Positions 1-7,904 of a DNA stretch of 25,717 nt are shown one piece after another. Position 1 is the first letter of the stretch, and every line of letters starts with the position of its first letter. The notes beneath the pieces are model-generated. The model saw nothing but the letters and a program-made list of their open reading frames with translations. It was not told the DNA's origin and made no database searches. Both the position numbers and the translations under genes were made by a program. Source of the stretch: an uncultured Chloracidobacterium sp. (GTDB lineage: Bacteria > Acidobacteriota > Blastocatellia > Pyrinomonadales > Pyrinomonadaceae); the NCBI GenBank assembly GCA_964608335.1, contig CAZSOE010000001.1, positions 1-25,717 of the forward strand, read 5' to 3'.

Positions 1-233
1 GTAGTTTCTCCTATTTCTAAAGATTTGAGACTTTTCTTTCCTCTAAACCAAGGGATTGAGCCTTCTATTTTTGCCACCTTTGATGAACGTTCATTCCGAC
101 TGATTTTAGGAGAAAGGTGGTATTATTCTACTAGTTCAGAGGGAAATCTGAGTGCATGATTCGCGTTTTTTGAAAACGGATTGTGTCGGCAAGTTATTGA
201 AAACAAAGATTTGGTTAAGAGAACTTCATGAAT
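1..233. mobile_element. AT-rich terminal segment of a probable integrative element lying to the left of the window
   Basis: Hand count gives about 37% GC over 1-240, versus roughly 55-70% in spot-checked coding lines elsewhere. It ends at a tRNA 3' fragment. An AGGAGA Shine-Dalgarno on the minus strand (7-12) points to a leftward gene starting just outside the window. No integrase is visible. Confidence 0.55.
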
Positions 234-281
234 TGAATGGCATTCATGAGGTCAGGGGTTCGATCCCCCTCGTCTCCACCA
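234..281 (+). pseudogene. 3' fragment (48 bp) of tRNA-Ala(GGC), probable attR duplication
   Basis: TGA-ATGGCAT-TCATG (GGC anticodon at 239-241), AGGTC, T-arm AGGGG-TTCGATC-CCCCT, acceptor 3' strand CGTCTCC, A, CCA. The outer two anticodon-stem pairs fail, and no D-arm or 5' acceptor strand is present upstream. Confidence 0.9.
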
Positions 282-295
282 ATCAAGATCGGGTT

Positions 296-327
296 AAGGA
301 GCGGCCTTAAGGCCGCTTCTTTGATTT
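296..327 (+). terminator. Hairpin/terminator downstream of the tRNA-Ala 3' end
   Basis: 11-bp stem AAGGAGCGGCC / GGCCGCTTCTT (one G-U) with a TTAA loop, followed by TGATTT. Confidence 0.6.
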
Positions 328-345
328 GTGTTCTAATATCGGCGA

Positions 346-1122
346 GTGATCGAGTATGTCGCAATATGCATCGCGGCGCTGGTTGCCTCGGCGCTGACGT
401 TCTTTTCGGGGTTCGGGCTTGGAACGATCCTGATGCCGGTCTTTGCGCTTTTCTTTCCGGTTGAGGTCGCGATCGGCCTGACCGCGATCGTTCACTTTCT
501 CAACGGTTTGTTTAAGCTCATTCTCGTCGGACGTAACGCTGACCGACATGTTGTGCTTTTCTTCGGTCTGCCGGCCGCCGCGGCGGCTCTCGGCGGGGCC
601 GCGCTGCTTGCACTGCTGACGCACCTGCCGCCGCTGTTCACGTATCAGTTTGGCGCGCAGCAGTTCACTGTCACGCCCGTTAAGTTCGTTGTCGCGTTGT
701 TGCTGCTGATGTTTACGGCGCTCGAACTCTCGCCCCGGTTTCACGAGCTGTCGTTCGATCGTAAGTTTCTGCCTTTCGGCGGCCTGGTCAGCGGATTTTT
801 TGGCGGCCTTTCGGGCAACCAGGGCGCCTTTCGCTCCGCCTTCCTGATCAAGAGCGGCCTCACCAAGGAAGCGTTTATCGCGAGCGGCGTGGTGATCGCG
901 ACGCTCATCGACATTGCGCGGCTTTCGTACTACTCGCAGTCGGTTCTGCGGCTCGATACGAGTACTGATTACTACTTGCTCACCTGTGCCACACTCTCGG
1001 CCTTTCTCGGCGCGGTCATTGGAAACCGACTGCTGAAGAAAATAACGATGGAGGCGGTTCGCTGGATCGTATCCGTGATGTTGATCGTGATAGCTGTGCT
1101 GTTGGGTGCCGGGGTCGTCTAG
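346..1122 (+). CDS. TauE/SafE (TSUP) family sulfite-exporter-like membrane protein, 258 aa
   Basis: About 8 hydrophobic segments; N-terminal SGFGLG and repeated GLVSGFFGGLSGNQG motifs typical of TSUP; GTG start. Confidence 0.85.
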   Translation: MIEYVAICIAALVASALTFFSGFGLGTILMPVFALFFPVEVAIGLTAIVHFLNGLFKLILVGRNADRHVVLFFGLPAAAAALGGAALLALLTHLPPLFTYQFGAQQFTVTPVKFVVALLLLMFTALELSPRFHELSFDRKFLPFGGLVSGFFGGLSGNQGAFRSAFLIKSGLTKEAFIASGVVIATLIDIARLSYYSQSVLRLDTSTDYYLLTCATLSAFLGAVIGNRLLKKITMEAVRWIVSVMLIVIAVLLGAGVV

Positions 1123-1976
1123 CCGCTATCCCGAGAGCGAACGACCTCGACCGAACACGAGGCTTGTGCCGCGAGCGTCGCCGAAACGCTGCCGATAAGG
1201 AAGCGCTCGTACGAATTAAGCGAGCAGTGCGGCCCGACGAAGATACTCCCGGCTCCCCAGGCCGCAGCTTCGTCAACAAGGACGTCCTTTGGATGCCCGA
1301 ACTTTACTGCCAGCCGCGCGCGAAGTCCTGCCTTTTCAAGCTTAAGAAGAGCTCCATCGGCAAGCGTTTCTGCCCATTGCTGAGCGAATCGGGTCTCGAC
1401 CGTCGCATCGGTCATCTGCGGCGTGAACCGGCCTATCGACGCAAGGACCGACGAGTCGGCCACTGCAAGCAGCATCACCTCGGTTGCTGCGGGCCAGTTG
1501 CGAGCCGCGAGCGCGTCGATAGCGTGAAACGCTGCAGGTGAACCGTTGAAACCGACCATGATCTTCTCATGCTCACCCGTAAGCTTATTGGGGCGGGCGA
1601 TGCGGACCGTACAATCGGCCTCGGTCAGGACGATCTGCGACGTCTGGCCGAGGAACTTATGTTCGTGGGTTCGGGCCGATCCGGGCTCGCCGAGAACGAT
1701 CATATCGGGCTCAAACTCTTCGGCAAAAGCGAGTATTTCGCGCCCCGGTGAGCCTTCGGCTGCGCTCGCCGTGATCTTCCATTCTGCCTTGTCAGCCAGC
1801 GCGAGCCGGCCGGCTTCGGCTACGGCTGTCGCTTCGCTGAGTGTGCGCGGTGCCATCCAGGATTCGGCGACAGTCAGCAGATGGACTTGGCTGTGCGCCG
1901 GCAATCCTGCGTGTCGAACATCTTCGAGCGCCGCATTCGACGCCTCGGAACCGTTGTAAGCGACCAGAACTCGCAT
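1119..1976 (-). CDS. Tandem-domain universal stress protein, 285 aa
   Basis: Two USP domains: VLVAYNGSEAS...DMIVLG...FLGQTS, and IMVGFNGSPAA...GHPKDVL...SIFVG...FLIGSVS...CSVEVVR. Confidence 0.9.
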   Translation of the reverse strand: MRVLVAYNGSEASNAALEDVRHAGLPAHSQVHLLTVAESWMAPRTLSEATAVAEAGRLALADKAEWKITASAAEGSPGREILAFAEEFEPDMIVLGEPGSARTHEHKFLGQTSQIVLTEADCTVRIARPNKLTGEHEKIMVGFNGSPAAFHAIDALAARNWPAATEVMLLAVADSSVLASIGRFTPQMTDATVETRFAQQWAETLADGALLKLEKAGLRARLAVKFGHPKDVLVDEAAAWGAGSIFVGPHCSLNSYERFLIGSVSATLAAQASCSVEVVRSRDSG

Positions 1977-2037
1977 AACTTTCTATTCCCCCCGCTCTAT
2001 CGGAAGCCGATCGGCTCCGATAGCTGAGGGGGGCAAG

Positions 2038-2053
2038 TGCAAGCCCTATGCCA
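2038..2053 (-). promoter_or_regulatory. sigma54 -24/-12 promoter for the usp gene
   Basis: Minus strand TGGCAT-AGGGC-TTGCA, exact consensus spacing, 61 nt before the ATG. Confidence 0.85.
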
Positions 2054-2093
2054 TTCCAGAATCGCTGTCAGCGCTCCTTCTTCGGGCGTCCCG

Positions 2094-2130
2094 TGCGGAA
2101 TAATTCGCGTTTTCCGCGAATCTTTCCGCC
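2094..2130. promoter_or_regulatory. Tandem putative upstream activator sites between divergent sigma54 promoters
   Basis: CGCGA-ATTATT-CCGCA (minus, 2094-2109) and CGCGA-ATCTTT-CCGCC (plus, 2115-2130); centres 21 bp apart. Confidence 0.6.
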
Positions 2131-2192
2131 TGATCAGCCCGATCCAGCCGTTGTGCTTACCTAATTACAGGCATCTTCGCCGCGAACGGCCA

Positions 2193-2208
2193 TGGAACAC
2201 CGGTTGCA
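2193..2208 (+). promoter_or_regulatory. sigma54 -24/-12 promoter for the AstE-like / GCS2-CBS / DUF5335 operon
   Basis: TGGAAC-ACCGG-TTGCA, exact spacing, 30 nt before ATG 2239. Confidence 0.8.
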
Positions 2209-2238
2209 GTTCTTGGATCGATAATGCGAGGTCCGCTT

Positions 2239-3483
2239 ATGACACCTATCACCGCTGTGGCCGAGATCGATGAGACCTCAGGCCGTCGCCTATCCGAACC
2301 GGGCGAGCCGCTGGTTGAGCCCGGCGAGCACCTGATCGCGTCATTCGGCCATGAACGCAATGGCCCGACGCTGATCGTGATCGGCGGTTTGCACGGCAAC
2401 GAACCGGCCGGCGTGATCGCGCTCAAGGATCTAGCCGGCGTTATCGCGAAGATCGGGCACAAGCTCAGGGGACGCGTCCTCTTCGTTGCGGGCAATACCA
2501 GAGCTCTCCGGAGCGGTGCCCGCTATCTGGACACCGACCTCAATCGCTGCTGGACGCACGCGATGATGCACGGAAAAGACGCGGCCGGTTTTCAAGACAC
2601 ATCGGAAGGGCGCGAGCTTGCCGAGCTTGACGACCTGCTGGACAGCATCCTGATCACCGCGATGGACGAGGTCTTTGTGATCGATCTGCACTCGACATCC
2701 GCCGAAGGGATCTCGTTTGCGACCGTCGGCGATACGCTCCGAAATCGGGCGTTCGCCCAAAAGTTCCCCGTGGCGATCCTGCTTGGTATCGAGGAACAAC
2801 TCGAAGGTACACTTCTCGAACACCTGAACAACGATGGAGCCGTTACGCTCGGGTTCGAGGGCGGACAGCATTTGTCGGTTCGCACGGTTGAGAATCACCG
2901 TGCGATCGTTCTGCTTGGCTTGGTCAACGCGGGAATCGTCGATCGGCGCGATCTGCCGGAGCTCGACACTGCGCTCGAACTTCTTTCAAGCGAAACGAAC
3001 GGTACGCAGCTCTTCGAAATACTGCATCGCCAGGCGATCCGGCCCGACGACGATTTCGAAATGGCGGGACACTTTGACAACTTCGAGCCGGTCGAGCGCG
3101 GCCGCGTGATCGCGCACGACCGCGGAGGACGGATCCGGTCGCCGAGATCGGGTCTGATCATAATGCCACTCTACCAGCGGCTTGGAAATGACGGCTTCTT
3201 TATCGGCCGGCGCATTTCACCGTTTTGGCTTTGGCTTTCCGGCGTGCTCCGGCGGGCGGGCCTGCAGAAGGCAGTTCACTGGCTACCCGGCGTTTCGCAA
3301 GACCCGGATGACCCAGCAACGTTGATCGTAAATACGAGCGTGGCGCGACTCTTCCCGCTGCAAGTCTTTCACTTGCTCGGATTTCGCCGACGGCGGTGGG
3401 TGGGCAACAAGCTGGTCGTCAGCCGCCGGCGACACGATACGACCGGCCCATTCAAATGGGAGGGAACGTCTGATGGGAGATAA
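2239..3483 (+). CDS. Succinylglutamate desuccinylase/aspartoacylase (AstE/AspA, M14-like zinc) family hydrolase with C-terminal extension, 414 aa
   Basis: GGLHGNEP (HxxE), DLNRCW, IDLHS, FEGG. Start moved from 2224 to ATG 2239 because of GAGGT at 2228-2232. Confidence 0.8.
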   Translation: MTPITAVAEIDETSGRRLSEPGEPLVEPGEHLIASFGHERNGPTLIVIGGLHGNEPAGVIALKDLAGVIAKIGHKLRGRVLFVAGNTRALRSGARYLDTDLNRCWTHAMMHGKDAAGFQDTSEGRELAELDDLLDSILITAMDEVFVIDLHSTSAEGISFATVGDTLRNRAFAQKFPVAILLGIEEQLEGTLLEHLNNDGAVTLGFEGGQHLSVRTVENHRAIVLLGLVNAGIVDRRDLPELDTALELLSSETNGTQLFEILHRQAIRPDDDFEMAGHFDNFEPVERGRVIAHDRGGRIRSPRSGLIIMPLYQRLGNDGFFIGRRISPFWLWLSGVLRRAGLQKAVHWLPGVSQDPDDPATLIVNTSVARLFPLQVFHLLGFRRRRWVGNKLVVSRRRHDTTGPFKWEGTSDGR

Positions 3484-5410
3484 GAAGGTTACGAGCGAAT
3501 ACGACGACGAACAGATGCGTCGCTTCACGCTTGCGGTGCTCAATGACCTACAGACGCTAGAGGCGATGCTAGACGCAGGGATGTTCGAGGAGGACGTCCG
3601 GCGGATCGGAGCGGAGCAGGAGATGTTCCTTGTCGACTCCGCGATGCGGCCGGCCCCACTGGCGATCGAGGTCATCGAACAGGCGCGCGACGGACGTCTG
3701 ACGACAGAGATCGGCCGGTTCAATCTCGAAGCGAACCTTACGCCGCGCGAACTTGCAGGTGACTGTCTTTCGCAAATGGAGACGGAACTCAACGAGATCA
3801 TCGGCGTCGTGCGAACCGCCGCCGGCGAGTTCGACGCCGACGTTGTGCTCGCGGGAATACTCCCAACCATCCAGCTATCCGACCTCACACACGAGAATCT
3901 CACGCCCAACCCGCGTTACGACGAGATCGACCGCGTTGTTACAAAGCTGCATGGCAAGGACCGCTTCATCCAGATCAAGGGCCTGGATGAGCTGCAGTTG
4001 ACGCTGCAGGACACCTATATCGAATTTTGCAATACAAGTTTTCAAATTCACCTGCAGACCGGCATTCGTGATTTCGTTAGGTACTACAACTGGGCGCAGG
4101 CATTGGCCGCCCCGGTCCTGGCTTCGGCTGTCAACTCGCCGCTGCTATTGAATCACCGCCTCTGGCACGAGACGCGGCTCGCCCTGTTCCAGCACGCGAC
4201 CGACACGCGGTCGCACACGCATAAGGAACGGAACCAAACGCCGCGCGTGAACTTTGGCGACCGGTGGGTGAATGATTCGATCATCGAAGTATTGCGCGAG
4301 GATGCGATAAGGTTCCGGATACTGTTGACACAAGCTGTCGAGGAGAATTCGCTCCGAACGTTGGCGAAGGGTGGTGTGCCCGCGTTATCGGCCTGGCGGC
4401 TGCACAACGGGACGATCTGGCGCTGGAACCGCCCGTGCTACGGCATAGTGGGCGACAAGCCGGGGCTTCGTATCGAGGCCAGATACCTACCGTCAGGCCC
4501 GTCCGTCGTGGACGAAATGGCGAACGCCGCATTCTTTCTGGGCTTGATGACGGAGATGCCTGATGAATTCGGCGACATAACAAAATACATGTCGTTCGAC
4601 GATGCGAAGAACAACTTCTTCAATGCCGCGCGGTACGGGCTGAACGGTCAGATCCGCGGACTCGACGGCAAGAGCCGTCGCGTCGGACGTCTGATCCTTG
4701 AGGAACTACTCCCGCGCGCGCGTCGGGGGCTTAAAAGCGCATCGGTCGACGAGGCCGACATCGAACGCTTACTGGCTGTCCTAGAGGCACGTGTTTCAAA
4801 TGAAACGTCCGGCGCAAAATGGATGCTCGAGTCGCTTGCCGCGATGGACAAGCGTGCCAAACCGAACGTTCGAATGCGTACATTGACGGCGGCGATGAAA
4901 GCAAATCAGATCGAAGGTAAACCGATGCACGAGTGGCCCCTCGCCGCGATACCCGAACAAAGCGAATGGATCGATAATTACAAGACCGTGGAACAGTTCA
5001 TGGCTGTCGATCTCTTTACCGTTAGACCCGAGGACATCCTCGACCTCGCGGCCAGTCTGATGCATTGGCGGCACGTGCGACACGTACCGGTCGAGGACGA
5101 TGCGGGCCGCTTGATCGGCATCGTTTCGCACCGCGACCTGATCGAGCTGCTCGCAAGCGGCCGTGCGGCGACCAGGACGCCTGTACTGGTCAGCGAAATA
5201 ATGAAGACCGGTCTCATCACTGTCTCACCGGAAACACCCACGCTCGACGCGCTCGAACTGATGCGCGAGAAAAACATTGGTTGTTTGCCGGTGATCAAGG
5301 ATGGCAGGCTGGTCGGGCTGGTTACGGCATACGATTTTCTCACCGTCTCGGCGAAACTCCTGGAGGAAAAACTCACCGGCCTGGCAAGGAGCCAGGCAAA
5401 GGCTGCATAG
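3473..5410 (+). CDS. Glutamate-cysteine ligase family 2 (carboxylate-amine ligase) fused to a C-terminal CBS pair, 645 aa
   Basis: IGAEQEMFLVD, TTEIGRFNLEAN, NTSFQIHLQ, SAVNSP, WRWNRPCY, RIEARYLPSG; CBS repeats VRHVPVEDDAGRLIGIVSHRD and IGCLPVIKDGRLVGLVTAYD; overlaps the upstream stop. Confidence 0.8.
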   Translation: MGDKKVTSEYDDEQMRRFTLAVLNDLQTLEAMLDAGMFEEDVRRIGAEQEMFLVDSAMRPAPLAIEVIEQARDGRLTTEIGRFNLEANLTPRELAGDCLSQMETELNEIIGVVRTAAGEFDADVVLAGILPTIQLSDLTHENLTPNPRYDEIDRVVTKLHGKDRFIQIKGLDELQLTLQDTYIEFCNTSFQIHLQTGIRDFVRYYNWAQALAAPVLASAVNSPLLLNHRLWHETRLALFQHATDTRSHTHKERNQTPRVNFGDRWVNDSIIEVLREDAIRFRILLTQAVEENSLRTLAKGGVPALSAWRLHNGTIWRWNRPCYGIVGDKPGLRIEARYLPSGPSVVDEMANAAFFLGLMTEMPDEFGDITKYMSFDDAKNNFFNAARYGLNGQIRGLDGKSRRVGRLILEELLPRARRGLKSASVDEADIERLLAVLEARVSNETSGAKWMLESLAAMDKRAKPNVRMRTLTAAMKANQIEGKPMHEWPLAAIPEQSEWIDNYKTVEQFMAVDLFTVRPEDILDLAASLMHWRHVRHVPVEDDAGRLIGIVSHRDLIELLASGRAATRTPVLVSEIMKTGLITVSPETPTLDALELMREKNIGCLPVIKDGRLVGLVTAYDFLTVSAKLLEEKLTGLARSQAKAA

Positions 5411-5423
5411 AGAGGTAAGGACA

Positions 5424-5768
5424 ATGACAAAACCCGGACGTGAACATGGATGGAAGCGATATCTCGACTTTGTTGGGAAACAGTGGTTGGGGCGGAAGAC
5501 CCGCCTCGGGATATTTGAACCGGACCGAAAAGCCATGCAGGACTACTGGATCGAGTGCGGGCTTCCGCTGGAAGGGATCGAGCTCGACGAGTCCCACGAC
5601 CGGCCAGCGGTCTACGTAAAGCTGCGCACCCTCGGCCACGAGGTCAGAGAACCGGTTCGTATCTCATTCCATCTGAGCAAGAGCGGTGATGAGGACGGCG
5701 TCGACATACTCGATGCTGCCGGCCGGATGACGGTCCTAAGGTTCGAATCGGATCAGGCCGTCGCCTAA
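5424..5768 (+). CDS. DUF5335-like small soluble protein, 114 aa
   Basis: RBS GAGGTAAGGA then ATG 5424. W..Y....GLPLEGI...HEVREPVRI...ILDAAGRMTVLRF aligns by eye with the protein at 21186-21572. Family name is from memory. Confidence 0.6.
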   Translation: MTKPGREHGWKRYLDFVGKQWLGRKTRLGIFEPDRKAMQDYWIECGLPLEGIELDESHDRPAVYVKLRTLGHEVREPVRISFHLSKSGDEDGVDILDAAGRMTVLRFESDQAVA

Positions 5769-5787
5769 CCGGCGGCAATCGTCCTCG

Positions 5788-5822
5788 GCCCCGCCTGGAT
5801 GAGTCGGCGGGGCTCTTCTTTG
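5788..5822 (+). terminator. Probable intrinsic terminator of the AstE-GCS2-DUF5335 operon
   Basis: GCCCCGCC / GGCGGGGC 8-bp stem with a 10-nt loop, then TCTTCTTT. Confidence 0.55.
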
Positions 5823-5833
5823 GCCTGATCCGG

Positions 5834-5849
5834 CGCGAATTTTTTCGCA
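5834..5849 (+). promoter_or_regulatory. Putative upstream activator site for the crp promoter
   Basis: CGCGA-ATTTTT-TCGCA, about 120 bp upstream of the predicted sigma54 start. Confidence 0.55.
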
Positions 5850-5934
5850 CTTTTTCAACGATCGGGCCCGCCAGGACTTGCACCTCCCTGTAAAATCGGC
5901 TATTAATACGGCCAAAAAATAAGAATGCGAAGCA

Positions 5935-5950
5935 TGGAACAGCGGTTGCT
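5935..5950 (+). promoter_or_regulatory. sigma54 -24/-12 promoter for the Crp/Fnr gene
   Basis: TGGAAC-AGCGG-TTGCT, nearly identical to the 2193 site; predicted +1 near 5961. Confidence 0.8.
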
Positions 5951-5961
5951 CCCGAGCATGC

Positions 5962-6759
5962 ATGATGAAAACCGCAATCCAGATCGATACGCAGGGGGTC
6001 GAGCCCGACGGCTGGCCCGCCGAGACGATGACGACGCCCGGGCGGCGAAAAGATAACGGGAGCTACTTTTGCCATCCTCCGGAAGACGATCTTCGGCAGT
6101 TTAGGGTGATGAAGCTTGTCAGGTCCATGCCAAAGGGAGCGACGCTCTTCATGCAGGGCCAGGAGACGACCGGCGTATATGTTCTCTGCGAGGGGAAAGT
6201 GAAGCTGACGGCCAGCTCCGCAGACGGTAAGACGATCATCGTCCAGATCGCCGAGCCTGGCGATGTTCTCGGCCTGAGCGCGGCAATAGATGGGGCGGAA
6301 CACGAAACCTCGGCCGTCGCGCTTGCTGACTGTCGTGTAAATTACTTTCAAACGGCTGACCTGCTTCGGTTATTGAACGGTTCCGCGGCGGCAAGCTTGA
6401 ACGCGGCAAAACTGCTGAGCCGAAATTATCAGGTGGCGCACCGGCAGATCTGCTCGCTGGGTCTGGCCGATTCGGTCTTTGATAAGATCGCCCGGCTGCT
6501 GTTGTCCTGGGCGCCGACGCAGAACGGCGCGAAGTGCGTTCACATAGACAATTTCTTTACCCACGAGGAGATCGCGGGAATGATCGGGTCATCGCGCGAG
6601 ACAGTCACGAGAACGTTAAAGACGTTTCGCGAGCGCGACCTTATCAGGGTTAGCGGCCGCGAGCTCGTGATAGAAAATGTGGCAAGGTTGCGAGCTGCGG
6701 CCGGTATTACGAACGGCGAACCGATAACCAACTCGTTCCCTTTGATCGATCGGATGTGA
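5962..6759 (+). CDS. Crp/Fnr family transcriptional regulator with CRP-type recognition helix
   Basis: cNMP-binding-fold region (LFMQGQ..GVYVLCEGKVKL...AEPGDVLGL) and HTH THEEIAGMIGSSRETVTRTL. The start is uncertain (5962, 5965 or 6028). Confidence 0.9.
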   Translation: MMKTAIQIDTQGVEPDGWPAETMTTPGRRKDNGSYFCHPPEDDLRQFRVMKLVRSMPKGATLFMQGQETTGVYVLCEGKVKLTASSADGKTIIVQIAEPGDVLGLSAAIDGAEHETSAVALADCRVNYFQTADLLRLLNGSAAASLNAAKLLSRNYQVAHRQICSLGLADSVFDKIARLLLSWAPTQNGAKCVHIDNFFTHEEIAGMIGSSRETVTRTLKTFRERDLIRVSGRELVIENVARLRAAAGITNGEPITNSFPLIDRM

Positions 6760-6798
6760 CCTTGCTCACATACGCGCAAGCGATCAGTTGATTAACCT
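6754..6798 (+). promoter_or_regulatory. Perfect CRP-type box with downstream -10 (class II-like promoter) for mtrAB
   Basis: ATGTGA-CCTTGC-TCACAT (6754-6771) overlaps the crp stop codon. TAACCT at 6793-6798 places the box centre at about -42.5. Confidence 0.8.
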
Positions 6799-6857
6799 GT
6801 ACCTGCAAACCTCCGCGAGGATCTACCGCATTTCCGGAGGGAACAAACGGGGTCAAA

Positions 6858-7883
6858 ATGGCAAATACTAACAGGATCAAGATTGTATTACTGGCCCTCT
6901 TCGCGATTTGCGTGGCCGTTTGGGGCATCTCGGCGACGCGTTCGCCCGTCTATGGCGAGGCCGTGGATCTCGACATGGGCGGCTCGGCAGGGTCCGAGGC
7001 GGCTTCGGTCGATGACTACGTCGGAAGTGAAGCCTGCCAGACCTGCCACGAAGACCAGTTCAAAGGGTTTTCGGGAACGAAACACGCGAAACTCAAAGAG
7101 GTTGCGGGCTGGAAGACCAAGGCGCAAGGATGCGAGTCTTGCCACGGCCCCGGCAAGAAGCACGTCGAGGATGCAACCGTTCCGGGCTCGATCATTTCCT
7201 TCAAGACAAAGAACGCCAAGGAAACCTCTGAGACGTGCCTGGCATGTCACGCCGGAAAGGAATCGCATAACAACTTTCGTCGTGGCGAGCACTGGCGTAA
7301 CAACATCGGGTGCACTGATTGCCATTCCCCTCACGGAGCTATGCATGGTGCGTTCAAGGTCGGTTCAACGACGCTTGTCAATCGAGCATCGGATGTGAAT
7401 CCTGCCCCGGCAATGCTCAAAACCAACGAGCAGAAGCTTTGCATCGCGTGCCACAACGAAGTTAGATCCCATTTCAGCAAACCATTCCGGCACAAAGTTC
7501 TGGAAGGGACGATGAAATGCAGCGATTGTCACAACGCACACGGCGGGTTTGAATCGAAGCAAACCAAACTCGGTATCGGGGCTGACGTGGCCTGTGTAAG
7601 ATGCCACGCGGATAAACAAGGTCCGTTTGTTTTTGAACACGCTCCGCTCAAGGTCGAAGGTTGTGCAGCATGTCATACGCCGCATGGTTCGGCGAATCCA
7701 AGATTACTTAAGCGGCATCAGGTGCGCCAGCTTTGTCTGGAATGCCACAGTGGCGTCACGGCGCAGCTCTCGGACACCCCGGCCGGCGGCCCGCATAACC
7801 AGAGGACATTATTGCAACGCAACTGTACGGCCTGTCACACGATGATTCACGGCTCGAACTCGAGCAATGTGTTCTTTAGATAG
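6858..7883 (+). CDS. mtrA: Decaheme c-type cytochrome, MtrA/DmsE/PioA/MtoA family, 341 aa
   Basis: Signal peptide; 10 CXXCH (CQTCH, CESCH, CLACH, CTDCH, CIACH, CSDCH, CVRCH, CAACH, CLECH, CTACH); family hallmarks GPFVFEHAP and HGSN at the C-terminus. The symbol indicates family, not proven orthology. Confidence 0.92.
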   Translation: MANTNRIKIVLLALFAICVAVWGISATRSPVYGEAVDLDMGGSAGSEAASVDDYVGSEACQTCHEDQFKGFSGTKHAKLKEVAGWKTKAQGCESCHGPGKKHVEDATVPGSIISFKTKNAKETSETCLACHAGKESHNNFRRGEHWRNNIGCTDCHSPHGAMHGAFKVGSTTLVNRASDVNPAPAMLKTNEQKLCIACHNEVRSHFSKPFRHKVLEGTMKCSDCHNAHGGFESKQTKLGIGADVACVRCHADKQGPFVFEHAPLKVEGCAACHTPHGSANPRLLKRHQVRQLCLECHSGVTAQLSDTPAGGPHNQRTLLQRNCTACHTMIHGSNSSNVFFR

Positions 7884-7904
7884 CGATGGATAAGAGGAGG
7901 ATCT

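Noticed and set aside
237-464. 75-aa ORF
   Set aside because: It runs through the tRNA-Ala remnant and terminator and overlaps the TauE gene; no protein features.
5644-6351. 235-aa minus-strand ORF and other long antisense ORFs (307-744, 19277-20017, 23292-24107) and the opposite-strand ORFs over imcH (13327-13794, 13858-14316)
   Set aside because: These are shadows of well-supported genes in GC-rich DNA, with no motifs or ribosome sites.
5962-6759. FNR-type [4Fe-4S] oxygen sensor
   Set aside because: Its five Cys are scattered with no N-terminal cluster, the helix is CRP-type, and I found no TTGAT-N4-ATCAA boxes.
6788-6798. TTGATTAACCT shared with 21114-21124
   Set aside because: Only two copies, in different promoter contexts; there is no GG at -24 for 6788. 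It may be chance or a shared -10-like element.
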